The notes under the pieces are model-generated. The model worked only from the letters and a program-made list of their open reading frames with translations, had not been told where the DNA came from and made no database searches. A DNA stretch of 60,837 nucleotides, the filler included, from Sphacelaria rigidula (lineage: Eukaryota): NCBI GenBank assembly GCA_964200075.2. It is 6 parts of 6 records of this genome, joined end to end, with 100 filler letters (N's around TTAATTAATTAA, not from the genome) between each part and the next. Parts side by side here need not be neighbours in the genome. Positions count along the whole stretch, not along the records: positions 20,315 to 30,370 come from CAXNAA020007237.1; positions 30,471 to 40,526 come from CAXNAA020007238.1; 4 more parts are not named here. One strand, given 5' to 3'. How positions within the stretch are numbered: position 1 is the stretch's first letter; the number at the start of each line of letters is the position of its first letter. The position numbers and the translations under genes are program-made. Positions 24,558 through 38,209 of this stretch are shown in pieces.

Positions 24558-25348
24558 GTTGGTCAGAGCCATGAGAACTGCAAACAAACACTTCAGAAAC
24601 ACTCGGGACGCACGAGCTACGGCAGCGGTTCAAAATGTTGTAACTCGCTGATAGTCGCGACGCCCGTATCCTGTAACTCGCACACCTCGAGCTTATCACT
24701 CCACACCCCACCACTGTCGCTTATTCGTGCTTGCACTTGCCCTTGTATCTCGGCTGCTTCCTACACACTTAGGCTGAGGCTCTGAACTGACTCACGCACT
24801 CGCTCACATCACATCTGTTCCGAAATGACTTCAATATACTTCAACCGCAATCCAGATCTGTATAATTCCTCTCCGCTTCTGCACAAGAGCTCGATTCTTC
24901 TCGAACACAGCATCGAACATATGTACGTACACACTCATTTGTATATACTTCGTATATAGATATGCTTCGAAGGACATTGTTTTTGGTGATCATACTGCCA
25001 ACCCCTCTTCCTTCCTCGGGACGAGCTCGTCGTAGACTCTCAAGTGATCAATCCGTCTCTCACCCCGATACATACACCTACTGCCTTGCGTTTTTGTTAC
25101 CGCGCATCGGACCAACACTACTACAGCTGCTCCACTTTCATGTCTGACTCCCTATTTGTTCATAAATGCACATCCATGTACTTGTCTATGTGTCATGCAT
25201 CCATTCGTTCATCTGCTCTTCATTGCTCTTCATTTTTCGTTTGTTTGTATTGTTTCCGCACGTGACGATTAACCATCGTGAACATGTGCACCATCATCAT
25301 CATCATCATCATCATCATCGTCGTCATCGTCGTCGCCATTTTGGGCAG

Positions 25349-25555
25349 GCGCACATCTCCCAGCCGGTGCCGGGAGACATTCTAGTGTTCCTCACGGGCC
25401 AAGAGGAAATCGAGACTTGTGCGGAAATTCTGACGCAAAGAACCCGGGGGCTAGGTTCACGCATCAGAGAGCTGCTTGTCTGTCCGATCTACGCCTCGCT
25501 TCCTTCAGACCAACAGGCGAAGATTTTCGAGCCTACCCCACCCGGTGCACGCAAG
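25349..25555 (+). CDS. DHX16: DEAH-box splicing helicase Prp2/DHX16, internal exon
   Basis: [77 protein letters not shown] boundaries, phase 0. Confidence 0.93.
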
Positions 25556-26032
25556 GTGAGGTTGGGCAAGGAATGACGGGGACGGGGGAGGGAAAAGGGG
25601 GGAAGAAAGGGACGGTCGGGGGAGATTGTTTTCTCGAGGCGTCATGAGCTGTGTCCACAACTTGTACTTTCGACTTCATGAAGGAAAATTCCCCGCAGAG
25701 GCTGTGATTCGAACCCTGATTTTGTTTTGCCCTCGTTCTCTAGCTGTGTGTATCCGTTGTCTCGTCATAGGGTGTGTGTTCTATCAGTCAGTCGCAAGTT
25801 TACGTTTGTCGTGGGCCTGCAGTAGGTGCGTTCGTGCGTGTGTGTTGGACAAATGCTGTCATTTTGCAAAATTGGTCACAATTTTTTCGTTTTTGTCAGC
25901 CGATGGAGCGGTGAATTGTTTTATGTATATTTCTCGCAATGATGTTGTATCTCCTTCTCTCCACTTCCTGCCGCTTAACCCCCCCCCCCCCCGCACCCCA
26001 CATTTAAAACAACCAAAAAAAAACAACTCAAT

Positions 26033-26042
26033 NNNNNNNNNN
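26033..26042. other. within-contig 10-N gap with a low-quality duplicated flank
   Basis: 26043-26130 is a homopolymer-degraded repeat of about 25908-25992, next to poly-C. Confidence 0.8.
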
Positions 26043-26743
26043 GCGGTGAATTGTTTTTTTTTTTTTTTTCGCAAATATGTTTTTTCTCCTTCCCCCCCCT
26101 TCCCGCCCCCCCCCCCCCCCCCCCCCAATACAGATGTAACCTTGCACAAATATACACACAGTTTCTTTTCCCTCGAAGGAAAGAGGAAACCTCACCCAAC
26201 ACTTGCCCCGCACACGGGTTCCTGTGCCGATTACCCGGATACTCGAGTGTTCGGAAGCTAGACTCAGGCCGGTGTGGGGGTCCCACCCACTAAAACCCCT
26301 TCAAACTTGGCGCAGTGTACGCACTGCCCTACTCTCATGAGCTTCGGTGCAAGGCAACGATTATTGAGATTTTGAGCCTTGTTAATAGGCTTATTTTCGG
26401 GTCGTGCTGAGTCCCAGCATCGCCGACGCTTCCCTTCAACAGTCGACGGCAATCGTTCCTATTTTGATCAGGGGTACCCCGATATTCATTGCACCCCTCC
26501 CCCCATCCGTCCTGCTCCGTCTCGGAAGGGATGCGTGGTCAATGGTTTACGACTGAGGCAAGCAATAAATGAGTACGCCCCCATCCGTCCTGTTTCCTCG
26601 TCCCTCTCATGAGTTACCAACTCTCACCCCCCTCCCCTGTCTTATGACTGCGGCATGCAAGATCATGAGTACATCCCCCTCCCCTGTAGGGTGCAATTCA
26701 AACCAATATCTGTCGATGTGGCTGCTGCTGCTGCTGCTACTGA

Positions 26744-26932
<189 letters not shown>

Positions 26933-27861
26933 TGATGTGCTGTGCTGTGCCGTGCTGCGTTTGTGTCAGATTGGCATACTCTACAACTGTTTTTTGTGGT
27001 CATTTTCTTCAACAGCTCTCCTCCCTCGGGACGAGTCAGTCCGTGGTTTTAAGGGATCAAGCCAGTTATGTTTCCCCCGGTAGTACCTGGTGCCTTTCCT
27101 TTTTACTAGATATTGAATCATGACCTATCAGCTTTTCCGCAGCTCATCACATTTTCGCCAATTGTATTTTTGGGTAACTCACGTCCTTGCGCTTTCCAAA
27201 AAACAATGGAACGTGAGTACAACACATTGAAAGTGTACATCAGTATTATACGCTTGTGGGGTCTTTCACGCGACAGGATATGTACTCGTCGGCTTTTGTT
27301 TCTCGTATGTAGCAGGCGACCCTACGTCTTTCACCACGGGTTCGTAAGATAGGGCTCATGTGCGAACATAAGATCATTGTTGTCATTATGATAGTAATGT
27401 TCATAATTATGATTACATTAAAAAAATAACAATAATAATATTGTGAGTATGTGGTGGTGGTTGTAATTATTATGGTGAAAATAATAAGACTCATTGGAAA
27501 CTGAAACATGGTTCGTAGCAGATGCTATTAGTAGTACCCTTATCTTGGATTCCGGGACAGAAAGCTCTCTACTAGGTCATGTACGGGATGTGGAAAATGA
27601 CGCATAGGTATGCTTGAGCGTAAACACGGTGCTTTTGGGCTTCGAAGCCGCTACTCCTCCTGACGTGACCAATAACTCAGCGCTTTGGTCACCGGGACCT
27701 TTTCTGTTCTTGTCTGACAATCTCGTCGACCGATGGGCTCGCAAGGCTGACTGTCTCAAAAGTGGCAAAAACAAAACACCGGTCAGGTTAAAAAAGTAGA
27801 TGTGTTGATGGTTTCGTCTCACAGGCAACAACGGAATGTTTCTTATTATTTGGTCGCTTAA

Positions 27862-28179
<318 letters not shown>

Positions 28180-28181
28180 TA

Positions 28182-28521
28182 ACCCCGGTGGCTCAGTTGG
28201 TAACGTCGAAATCTTGTGACGGCTGGGTTGTGCGTTCAAATCTCGGTGCAGTCACACGATCTGGATTTGTTTCTTGCACCATGCCCAGCAGTGGAGAGCA
28301 CCATGTCGTGGGTACACAAAATTCAACTTCACGATCGACGAGGGAAAGGGACCGCCGAACCGCTCGTGATAACAAATAAGACAATCACCACAGAGGAAAG
28401 GGGGAGGACAAAAAAGAAAAGAAAAACATCTCCTGTGTCAGCCTCCCTCTTGTGTGACCCTGGCTGCTGCGCCCACATACACCGAAAGGTGTAGACAGGC
28501 GTCCAGAGTAGATTGGATGAC

Positions 28522-28562
<41 letters not shown>
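28182..28562 (+). mobile_element. tRNA-derived SINE, full-length copy 2 (in a DHX16 intron)
   Basis: A box TGGCTCAGTTGG, B box GTTCAAATC, body homologous to the 16205 copy, and a (CA) tail of about 20 units. Confidence 0.82.
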
Positions 28563-28564
<2 letters not shown>

Positions 28565-28708
28565 TGCTGAGTGGATATAAATGTGAACGGACATTGGTTA
28601 CATGAAGGGTGGAATGGATGATTGCCAACATACGTCGTACAGTCGTGCTTGCCCGGTGGGTCCGGTCCGCCTGTGCCTAGTGTGTGTTGGAGGTTTGGCT
28701 TGAGCTGA

Positions 28709-29035
<327 letters not shown>

Positions 29036-30370
29036 TAGTGTGGTCTAGCAGTGCCGCCCCGCCCCGTTGATTTCACTGACTCGATTGGAACCAGTTTGGT
29101 CGGGAACATTCAGGTTCGGTTCCCGGCTAATGCGTTTTTTTTTTTCCCCCCGAGAAGTGTCTCATTTTTCGTCGTTGAAAACGTGCGAGGATATACGTGA
29201 CGCAGTATATATGTATATACAATATTTTAAATCGAGAGTCGACGCGGTGCGGGAGTGTTGTCATGATCCAATCCACGGTACGACAATGGAAGCGGGCGCA
29301 TCCCGGGGGGGAGATGGGGTGATCGCTCGAGACGACGGGTTCTTGTCCCGAGAGGAAGGGGAGGACTTGAAAGTGTGACGAATAAAAATGGAGGGAAATT
29401 TGATTTGGTTTGTGAACGGTTACTAAGCGCATCGGATCTGAGCCAGGCGGCGTTGGTAGCGCCGTTAGGTAGAGTATCCTGAAGGCACTGGCTGTACTTA
29501 GTATGCGAGGGTCTACCTCCCCCACTCTTTGGTTTTTGCTGTCCCGAAATGTTTTGATTGGTTTTGCCGGCTCCATTTTCTGCACCTTTTTTGGCCTCAA
29601 GGGGCTTGTGAGCAGCTGCTGTCATGATGTGGCGCTTGGGATCTTTTGTCTTTTGTAGACAATTCCTGTGGGAATTCGGATTAGTCCCCTGCTCCAGACC
29701 TCGGCCTGCTTTCAGTGGGCCGTGACATTTTGGGGGGACGAGACTTGAGATGTTTTGAATCATGGGGAGGCCGAGCTGAAATGCTTTCCTGTTTGTTTTG
29801 TGCGGGACTTGGCGTGCGACGTTCAACTGTACGTTTGAGTTATGCCGTACTGCCGGTGTTGTGCACGGTACGCATCCCGTGTTTTTTGGTGTTGCGTACC
29901 TCCTGGAGGGATTCATGCGAGCATGCATGCGAACAACCTGGTCCTCTCTTCTATTTGTGTGTCGATGCTTTTTTTTCTGCATTCGTTATCCGGTTTGTAA
30001 AATAAAAATAAAACGGTGGTCAATACACTCGCCGCCGTGCGCTGGGTGGTCTGAATTAAAACGGTCCAACTGAAACCATTAGGGTGGAGAGAGCCAGGGT
30101 TCGCCCGTCAGATACGTCTAGGTTTATTCTTCGAAATATCTGATTTCCGCCGTCGGAAACGGTAGGATGTGACAAGACAATAAATAGTTTGACCGAGTTT
30201 GACACGACTTGACGCGGCGCGGGAGTGTTTGGTCATGATCCAATCCGTGGGACCGTAACGCAAGGCTGGTATCGGGGAAGGACGGGTTGATCCGTTGAGA
30301 CCCCTCACTCGTCCCGAGGAAGGGTTGGGGAATGGGAGGGGGGGGGGCGTACTCATTTGTTGTTTGCCTT

Positions 30371-30470
30371 NNNNNNNNNNNNNNNNNNNNNNNNNNNNNN
30401 NNNNNNNNNNNNNNTTAATTAATTAANNNNNNNNNNNNNNNNNNNNNNNNNNNNNNNNNNNNNNNNNNNN
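30371..30470. other. artificial contig linker
   Basis: N-TTAATTAATTAA-N, 100 nt. Confidence 0.97.
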
Positions 30471-30904
30471 CTCTTGTCGCGTCATCGCCAACCGACGCCA
30501 ACCCAATCGGGGGTCCGCCCCTACAAAGCCGGGACGGAGCACGCCTCCCATGAAAGGTTTAGGTCGCCCACGGTGCGATTTTGATTATTAGTCTTGGACA
30601 ATCACGACCAGTCGCGTCTCGAACATATCGGTGATACTGTTTCGCCAGAATATCGGACAAATCTCCTATTTGTCTTCACGATCTTAACCGAGCGGGCTAC
30701 ATATACTCCTTGTCCTCGAATGAAGAGGAATCTGGGATCGGAATCACCTGATAGAAATCACGCTGGCGATTTCCAGAGTTACGGTAGAAAAGAGCGTGAG
30801 ATGCGCCCGCCGTTCAGCTACGCATAATCTCACTCAGCACACTGCAAAATCATTCAGTCACGCGACACACAAGCTGGGCCAGCCTAGAGGCCAATGGGAC
30901 ATCG

Positions 30905-31031
30905 TGACTCGAGTACTCGTCCTATTGATGTTTACCACCGCGAGCAATGACTCGAGTGCTCGCCCTATTGGTTTTTCCACCACGAGCAATGACTCGAGTA
31001 CTGGCCCTATTATTTTTTTCCTCCACGAGCA
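30905..31031. repeat. three tandem 42-43-bp units
   Basis: TGACTCGAGT starts at 30905, 30948 and 30990. Each unit continues ..CCTATT..CCAC.CGAGCA. Confidence 0.85.
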
Positions 31032-33696
31032 GCCGAAGGAGTGCTAGTGCCACGAGTCATACTCGTACTCGTCCGACGTATGAAACACCTTCACACTGCT
31101 CGAACACCACCATGAAAGCAGCGTGAAGGCTCTGCAAACATCTGCAACAACTGCAAGACTGGTCCAACGTACATGGACAACTACCACGGGAGCAGCATGG
31201 AGGCTCTGCACGGCAGCTTCAATAAATACACGAACGATGCAACGTACATGGACATGTTATTAGGTGTTATATTTATCATCGCAACTCCCGTATAGGGTGC
31301 GGGGCGGTCTGCGGGGAACACCATAGCTCAACCATTTCACTATTCTCCACCCCCACATGTATTCAATCTTCCTCACTCGAGGTCAGCTCGTGTCAATATT
31401 TCGGAAACGATGTGACCCCTGCTCCGAGCTCAAAAACCATACCCTCAACCCGACAGCTACTTCCCGCTTCGAAGTCTGACTATTATACCACGTACGGCAG
31501 CCTAGCTACTAGGATTTAGACTAACCCCGGCCCCCGCAACAGTTTTGCTTGGGTGAAAAAATCGGGCGGGTGCAGTCTCTCAAACTTATATGCTACTCTT
31601 TGAATTTGCGCGAAAGAGAAAGAGGGTGCTAGAGCCGACCCTTCGCCCCGCCAGTGTGAGGCGTACTCCTCTTTAATGTATATATACTATATGTGCTCTA
31701 CTACCTCCACTGCTTCTTATTGACAACATATAATTTCCGTTCATCTGCACCTTTCACATCACATGCTGGGACTGCATTTTACATTATATACTGAAACAAA
31801 CGAGAAAACACCACGATTCTACATCCGGTATTCCATATCCCACACAAACCGTGTTTCCTACAAAAGGAAGAGTAACTACAGATCTCATCCATGCGTATCC
31901 CCACTTAAAGAGTACACTTTGTTTGTAGATCGTAGTTCTCGCTCGAGGCATTGCTGCCCCCCTCCTCGTCCTTCACCTTTCCGTCATTTCAGTCTACCCA
32001 TTCCATAGCACCACCCTCTAGATATACGGCGAGTAACTTATACGGCAGCTGCGAACGTCCTTCGCTACTCAGAGATCTCCTGATCTTGAAGTCATGTTCC
32101 TTGCACGTGTCCATCTCTCCTCTCTTCCATTCCTTGCCCGTGCAATCATACCGCTCCCTCCTCCGTACGCCATCGTCTTCTTGGCACGTACTTATCTCTC
32201 CCCCTCTCTATATATTCATCCTTTGCCCCAGTTATCATATCGCGTCCTCCTCCGTACGCCATCATATTCATGGCGCGTGCCCATATCTCCTCGTTCATTC
32301 CGTCTCTTGCTCGAGCGATCACATCGCCTCCCACCGCACATGAAATCATTCTCCTCGCACGTATCCGCCCCTCCCTCTCTGTCTCTTCGTCTCTCTGTCT
32401 CTTTCTCTCATCCACCCCCCGCCCCTTCAATCACATCGCCCCTCCCCCGGCTCCCCGGGCGCCTTGACCTTATGTGCGATTTCAAGGAAACGTTGCAGGC
32501 TGGAGTGGGCACTGCCACAACTGCAACTCTGATTTGATCAGACGACGTTAGCCGAGTGGTGCCATATGCACTTGCTCTCCGCTTCAGCAGCGTCAACTAG
32601 CATTCGAGACATCTTTCATTTGTCAGCAGTCGACCGCGGCCATCCTCGGCAAATTGCTTGCGCGCGCGAGGAACGATCACGGTATCGCCTGACGATCATC
32701 TTTGCCCCGGCTAAAACCCTTCAAAAGATGAATCTGATTGAACTAGACGTGTTCGAGTGCTAACATGAGGGCCGTCGCAGGACGAAATACTGACCCTCGC
32801 CCTCTTGAGTTATTGAACTACTCGCCGTTTTGAAACACCCCCAAACAACTCGCACACTGACATCACCCCACCACTCGAGGAGATAAGCGAACCGTGTTGC
32901 TTTTATTTAGGCCATGAAAAGCTGCAGAAATAGGCGCCCAAGCTACGAAGGCCAAAACGTTCCCCCCGTGCCTTCAAGCTACGAAGGCCAACTGGAGCAC
33001 CGTTCTTCACGCTACAGAGTGAGTGTTTTTGCCACTACCGTGCGACCGAGAACCGCGCTCGAAAATTCTACATCTTGAGAAGATCACGTGAGAGACGGGA
33101 TCGCCGCATATAGATCCGTGTAGTACATACTGCCCACGGTCGATTTTCTCCGAGAGCTCGCCGTGCTCTTAGCGAACCTGCCGAATCGTCGGCGGGCGGT
33201 TTTGGTCCTGATGCGCCGGTCGGTCACCTGGGGGTTGAGCAACCGAGAACTTCAAGTGTAAAATCTTACCAAAGCAAAGCAATAGGTTGTCCGATTACTC
33301 AACTCAAACTGTCAACCCACCACCTCTCCCAAAATGATTTTCCCGGCGATGTAAAACGGATCCTGCCTCCTTGGTTGCTACTACTAGGGGACCGTTCAAT
33401 TCGATTCATTTCAAATACGATTCGCCACGAATTATATACCAGCCTACCTGAGCGTACGTTGGGCTGTGGTGAACAAATTGTACAGCATTAACTTCCGGAT
33501 ATGGAACAGTGCTCAAGCTACAGTATTGTCGCACGGCCACCATCGCAGAAAAAAACTCCCACTGGGTTTTCCCGGTACCGCTGAATTCAATAGACGGAAG
33601 GTGGGCCAGGGGGGAGGGGAGGAGGCGGTATTGTTTTTCTGTGAAAAATCTTAAGGTGACGATATGCGAAAAAAAGGAGGCACGACCTCATCTTAC

Positions 33697-35634
33697 CAAG
33701 TTTGACCATCGCGCTGATGCACACAACGAGCGGGTGGAGAAGATGCTTGCTCCTCGAAAGGAATACTGTGCTTCTAGCAAGGTTTCACTGACAACTCTGG
33801 ATTTTGCCCGTCGACCGAGATTGACTGTAATTCCCGACTTCCGGACCGTTCGTATTTCGTACGGCTGCTCTAAAAAGGCGACCGAATACCCTATACGCTG
33901 ACAGCGCCAAAAATAGCGACCAAGATGCGCCTTGTAAATAGCTTTCAATTCCAATACGTGTAAATATCCCCTGAAGACCTTTCTCCGCAAAACTCGACAT
34001 AGGCTACTCACCATTCCACCACCAGACGCGCGTGCTTTCGTCCGTCCATATTCCTCTCGCCTTGCGTTCCCGTATACACCACCTCCCACCTCTGCTTCCT
34101 CCTCTCGCCTATCAGCATCGATCAAAATCGTCTCCTCTCCACCCCATACCACCTTCCTCGACGACCTCTCCCCATTTTCCGTCCACCCTCTTCGTGCGCC
34201 ATGTCGGTCCTCTCCGTGTCCCTGCCAACCTTCCTTTTCACGTGTAAGGATGTCAACCTCTGCCTCGTGCCCCTTCTTATGTCTGCCTTGTTCGCGAGAC
34301 GCTGGATTGCGTTGCCTGGAGATTGGCCCCGTCACTGTAACCTGAGTGGCGTTGCGTCGGCCTCGCATCGCTCTGGAAGCCCCCTCATCCATCTCAAACT
34401 GATATCCAGCATGCACCGTCGCTGACGGCGACATAACATATTCGCAGTCCCCCACCACCGACATACCCGCCACAGCTCGCGGTGATGGATCGGGGAAGGT
34501 CTCGGAGTATCCCCCGCTCGATCCGGCCATCATCTTCGCCGTCGTACGACTACTCTCCCTTCGCATTGATCGCTCTCTAGAGCTCCCAATCCTTGACATC
34601 GACAGCCCAGGGATTTTGTCATCCACCACCGCGGTGGCCTCGGAACAAACTACCTTGCGATCGGAGTGATTATCTCCTACTTGCATGCGCCCACCCTCTT
34701 TGTTGTGCGCACCGCCCCCATTCGCATGGGGATCTCCGATCGAAGGCCAGTCGTTGTATCGAGCGTCATCTTCACCCCGAATGCTGGAGATGCTGTCTTC
34801 TTGAAGGACGCAATCGTCCTCGGACTCCGGCCACAACCTCTCGTCGTAGCTGAGTTCGTTCTCGTCCCCCCGAGCGTTAGCGATGTATGCCTTCAGCTTT
34901 ACCGATCTTCCCTTGCTCTCTCGACCCAGCCGCTGACCGTCGCCAACGGCTATCTCGTCCTGAACGTCAGAAGCTGCCCCCTCCTGTACCAAACCGTCGT
35001 CGTCCTCTAGCTCCGTGCACGTGTCTCGCTGCCCACCTCCCACCTGATATTCCTGCCGCGCTTCACTGCCGCTCTCGCTCCTGTCCCACTCACTCTCCAC
35101 TATTCTCTCCCAACGCGGTGACTTACCTCCCACGCCTCCACCACCCTCCCGTCCACGTCCTCCCTCCAAATCTCCATGGTCGTTTCCCTTAAAAGCCCGT
35201 TCGGCTTGCCTTGCCAGACAGAAGTCCACCCCTGCTTGAGCCGCCATTCGGGCCAACGTTGCCCTCGGAGCAAACGCGGCGCTGGCCCTCACTTTCTCGT
35301 CTACGCTGTACCTGGACGCCATGAGGTCGAAATACCTGTCAGCGGGCAGGTCGCGGTATCGCTGGATGATCAACATACCGACGGCTAGCGCCGCTGCCTT
35401 GAGGTCTTTGGCCTGTGCGCTGTTGTCTGCCACAAGCTTCGAAACGATTGAGCGACCGAGGGGCGAGAATGAGGGATACGATCGATCAGAGGGGCCGGGG
35501 TTCGATAGTTGAAATGACACAAAGTACTCCAGGTGTGGGATGGGAGTCGCTGTTGCTGACATCCAGGCGGAGAGTTCAGCATGCGGGCCGGAATGAAGTA
35601 GTGCCGGTAAGACACGGAGAAAGGACATCATCAT
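33697..35634 (-). CDS. long exon of an uncharacterised, mostly low-complexity protein
   Basis: 648-aa open frame ending at a strong donor TTG|GTAAGA (33697). The 5' boundary is uncertain. A possible next exon starts at 33227 (CCCCAG|GTG). Confidence 0.65.
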
Positions 35635-36090
35635 TCCGCATCAAAGTAAGGCCCCGACTAGTCCTGTTAGTGGCGGTACAAAATCGAGAGGTGGCTCTTT
35701 GGCTGGTTTGTTTGCGGGCGAATGGTGTGTGAGTGAGGATGAAAATGTCATTTAGCGCGGGGTGATGTATTTTGTTCTACGGTCGGCTTCAGGGGCCCAC
35801 CCCTGACACAAACGGACGATCTGATCGCTCACATCCAACAAGGGTACGGGAGAGTTTCATGCCTCGCATCTGAAACGAGTATAATTCCCGACAACGCGAT
35901 ATTCAAGACTGGTGAGAGGCGCATTCAAACCTACGAAAACCTACAAGAAACAGGCGGTGTACACTTTCGTGCACCGCTACTACGCAAAAGCTTGACAACT
36001 GCCAATGATTCAGACCGTTGCCAAGCCTGGCCAGGAAACTGTTGTGCTTGTAGATGCTACCAAAAACCGCCAATAAAGCATCAGCGATAC

Positions 36091-38209
36091 CTTGGCGTTT
36101 TCCTTCAGAAGCTGCTGGACTTGGTTCCGCAGCTGCTCCACCATCACCGTGTCTTCCTCTCCCGGCTCCTGCCGTCCATGCTCTCCCTTCATCGCGCTCG
36201 GCTGTCGCGGTTGCTGCTGTACCGGCACCTTCATCCTGGCCACCCTTTCCCCTCGTGGCATTTCACTCCGCGGCGGTTCCACGAACTGCATGGCAACGCT
36301 TGGCAAATTGGACAACCCGCCGCCACCGCCACCCGAAGCTGGAAGCCTCTTCCCTACATTCCTCGCGAGGCGCAACGGAACGCGCGACGAGGAGGATGGC
36401 TCCGATGAAGCAATAGGTTTCGGCGTGTCGCCACCATCGATGGCCACCGGCGCCCCCGAAAACACGGAGGCTTCTGCAAGCATGGTAGGCGTGCCGGCAG
36501 CACCGTCATCGGCCCCCGAGATGCTCTCCTGACTCGAGCTGAGCACGGCAACGCCGGTAGAAGCTTGTGATATATTCTCGTGCCTGACTCCCTTGGGTCC
36601 ATGTTGGTGTTGGTGTTGGTGGTTCCGCTCCTTCGTCGACCCCGGTGGTGGCAGCGGCGGCGGCGGCGATGACTGTAGTATCACTTCCTCCCTCAACTCA
36701 CGTCGCTGAGGCTCCCCAAAGTCCAAAACCTTTTCGCGCAAGCCGGACACTCCTTTGCCACCTCCGTACCGGTCGACGGGGGTGGCTATTCGCAGGCTGT
36801 TCGACGCGCTCCTGGCGGAGCACGATGGAGCATGTGACCAGGCGGATGGCTCCGGCGAAATAATAGGGTCGAACGAGTCATCACCGTCGGCCGCCGCCGC
36901 CGGAAACGCGGAAGCTGCTCCAGACACGGCCGGCTTGCCAGCGTCACGCTCACCGGCCTCATCTTTATCGACGCTCGCAACACCCACCTGGAATAAGTTA
37001 CACACCGTGGCGTCCGTGACGGTCTCTTGGCCCGAGCTACGCAGGGTAGTATCGAGAAAAGCTTGCGGCACTTCTCCCTCCTGCTCCTGCCTCGAACCTT
37101 TGTTCCGGCGCTGCTGCTGTTGCTGATCGGTGCTTTGATCGAACTGACCACGTTGTGCCATCATGGCAGGCGGTTTCTCCTCGATGGGTGCAACTTGGCG
37201 CTTCGGGGTTGGCTGGGCAGGAGACGGGAGCCGTGATGGCTGCCGCCTGCCTGCTCTGGCAGACATCTCTCGAAAGCTAGTTGAGCTAGCCGGGGACCAT
37301 GTTGCCTGCATGTTGCCGCCTTCGCTCCCGGCAAAGGCACCGCCCGCGGGGCTGGCACAGATGGCTTCCGTCCCATCGGCGGCGAACTCCCTGCTACTAG
37401 GTGCGCCTTGTCCATCCTTTTTTATTCGTCGTACCATTCTCTTCACCTGCTTGCGGTTGAGTACGTTGTGCTTGCGAGAAGGTGGGGAAGGTTGCTGGCC
37501 GCGCGACACTGCGCGCCTTGCCACAACCAATGCCTCATCTGCTTCGTCCAGCTTGGGCATACTGGTCGCTGCTACGTGTTTCAATCTCGACGGCTGCTTC
37601 CCCGCTATCTCTGCGCAGGTGGAGCAGGTGCGGCACGTACCGAACGCAGGCAAATGGAGTTTGCCCTCCACAGTCGCCAGGTCTCTACTGTAGCGCCACG
37701 CATTGTGTCGAACCGCGTTTTTTAGGATGCCGTAGGCCTCCTGCAAGGACTCCGGCAAACAGAAAGCTCCATGTCGAATCGCGATCATCACATCCGCGAC
37801 GGTGCCCCTCTTGAGCGCTGCGCCGGCCCACGCTTGCAGCCAGATGCGGAGCTTCTCGGAAAGGGTAGGATCCGATGGTGGGGTGACCGTGTTGGACTGC
37901 TTCTTTGCTTGCTTGATGGACGTTGGCACCCTTACCCGCTGTGCCGCCCGGCGGCTCTCTCGTTGCCGCCCGTGTGCTGCCGCCACCGCTGCCGCTGCTG
38001 CTGCCGCTGCTGCCGCCGCCGCCGCCGCTGTCGCTGCCGCCCTGTCGTGTGCGGCTTTTTTGTTGACGTTACCGGTCACGTCGGCGACGGCTTTTTCCGC
38101 CACGACGATCGCCATGGCCCTCCCGGCGCCCTTCGGCGGTAGGCCGTACAGGGCCAGAATAGCATAGCGGATTGCGATAAGGAGGAAACCAGGGTGCAGC
38201 TGGGGCGCC
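36091..38209 (-). CDS. long exon of an uncharacterised protein (poly-Ala, C-terminal coiled coil); probably the same gene as 33697-35634
   Basis: Open frame of more than 700 codons. Pyrimidine tract and TAG acceptor at 38210-38212. Donor AAG|GTATC at 36091. Coiled coil VEQLRNQVQQLLKENAK. Confidence 0.7.

Larger units (their letters stand above)
21578..24920. repeat. 3.3-kb palindrome: arms 21578-23243 and 23266-24920 with a 22-nt spacer
   Basis: The arms align end to end as reverse complements (roughly 90% identical by eye). The ORF track shows paired near-identical peptides on opposite strands. Confidence 0.95.

Noticed and set aside
25166..25348. Poly-His/Arg N-terminal extension on the DHX16 ORF
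   Set aside because: It is an intronic (CAT)n/(CGT)n microsatellite upstream of the CAG acceptor. Homology starts at 25349.
25908..26130. Local tandem duplication around the 10-N gap
   Set aside because: The second copy is a homopolymer-smeared version of the first next to poly-C, typical of a sequencing or assembly artefact.
30905..31031. CRISPR-like regularly spaced repeats
   Set aside because: The units are homologous along their whole length with no unique spacers, no cas genes are present, and the context is eukaryotic.
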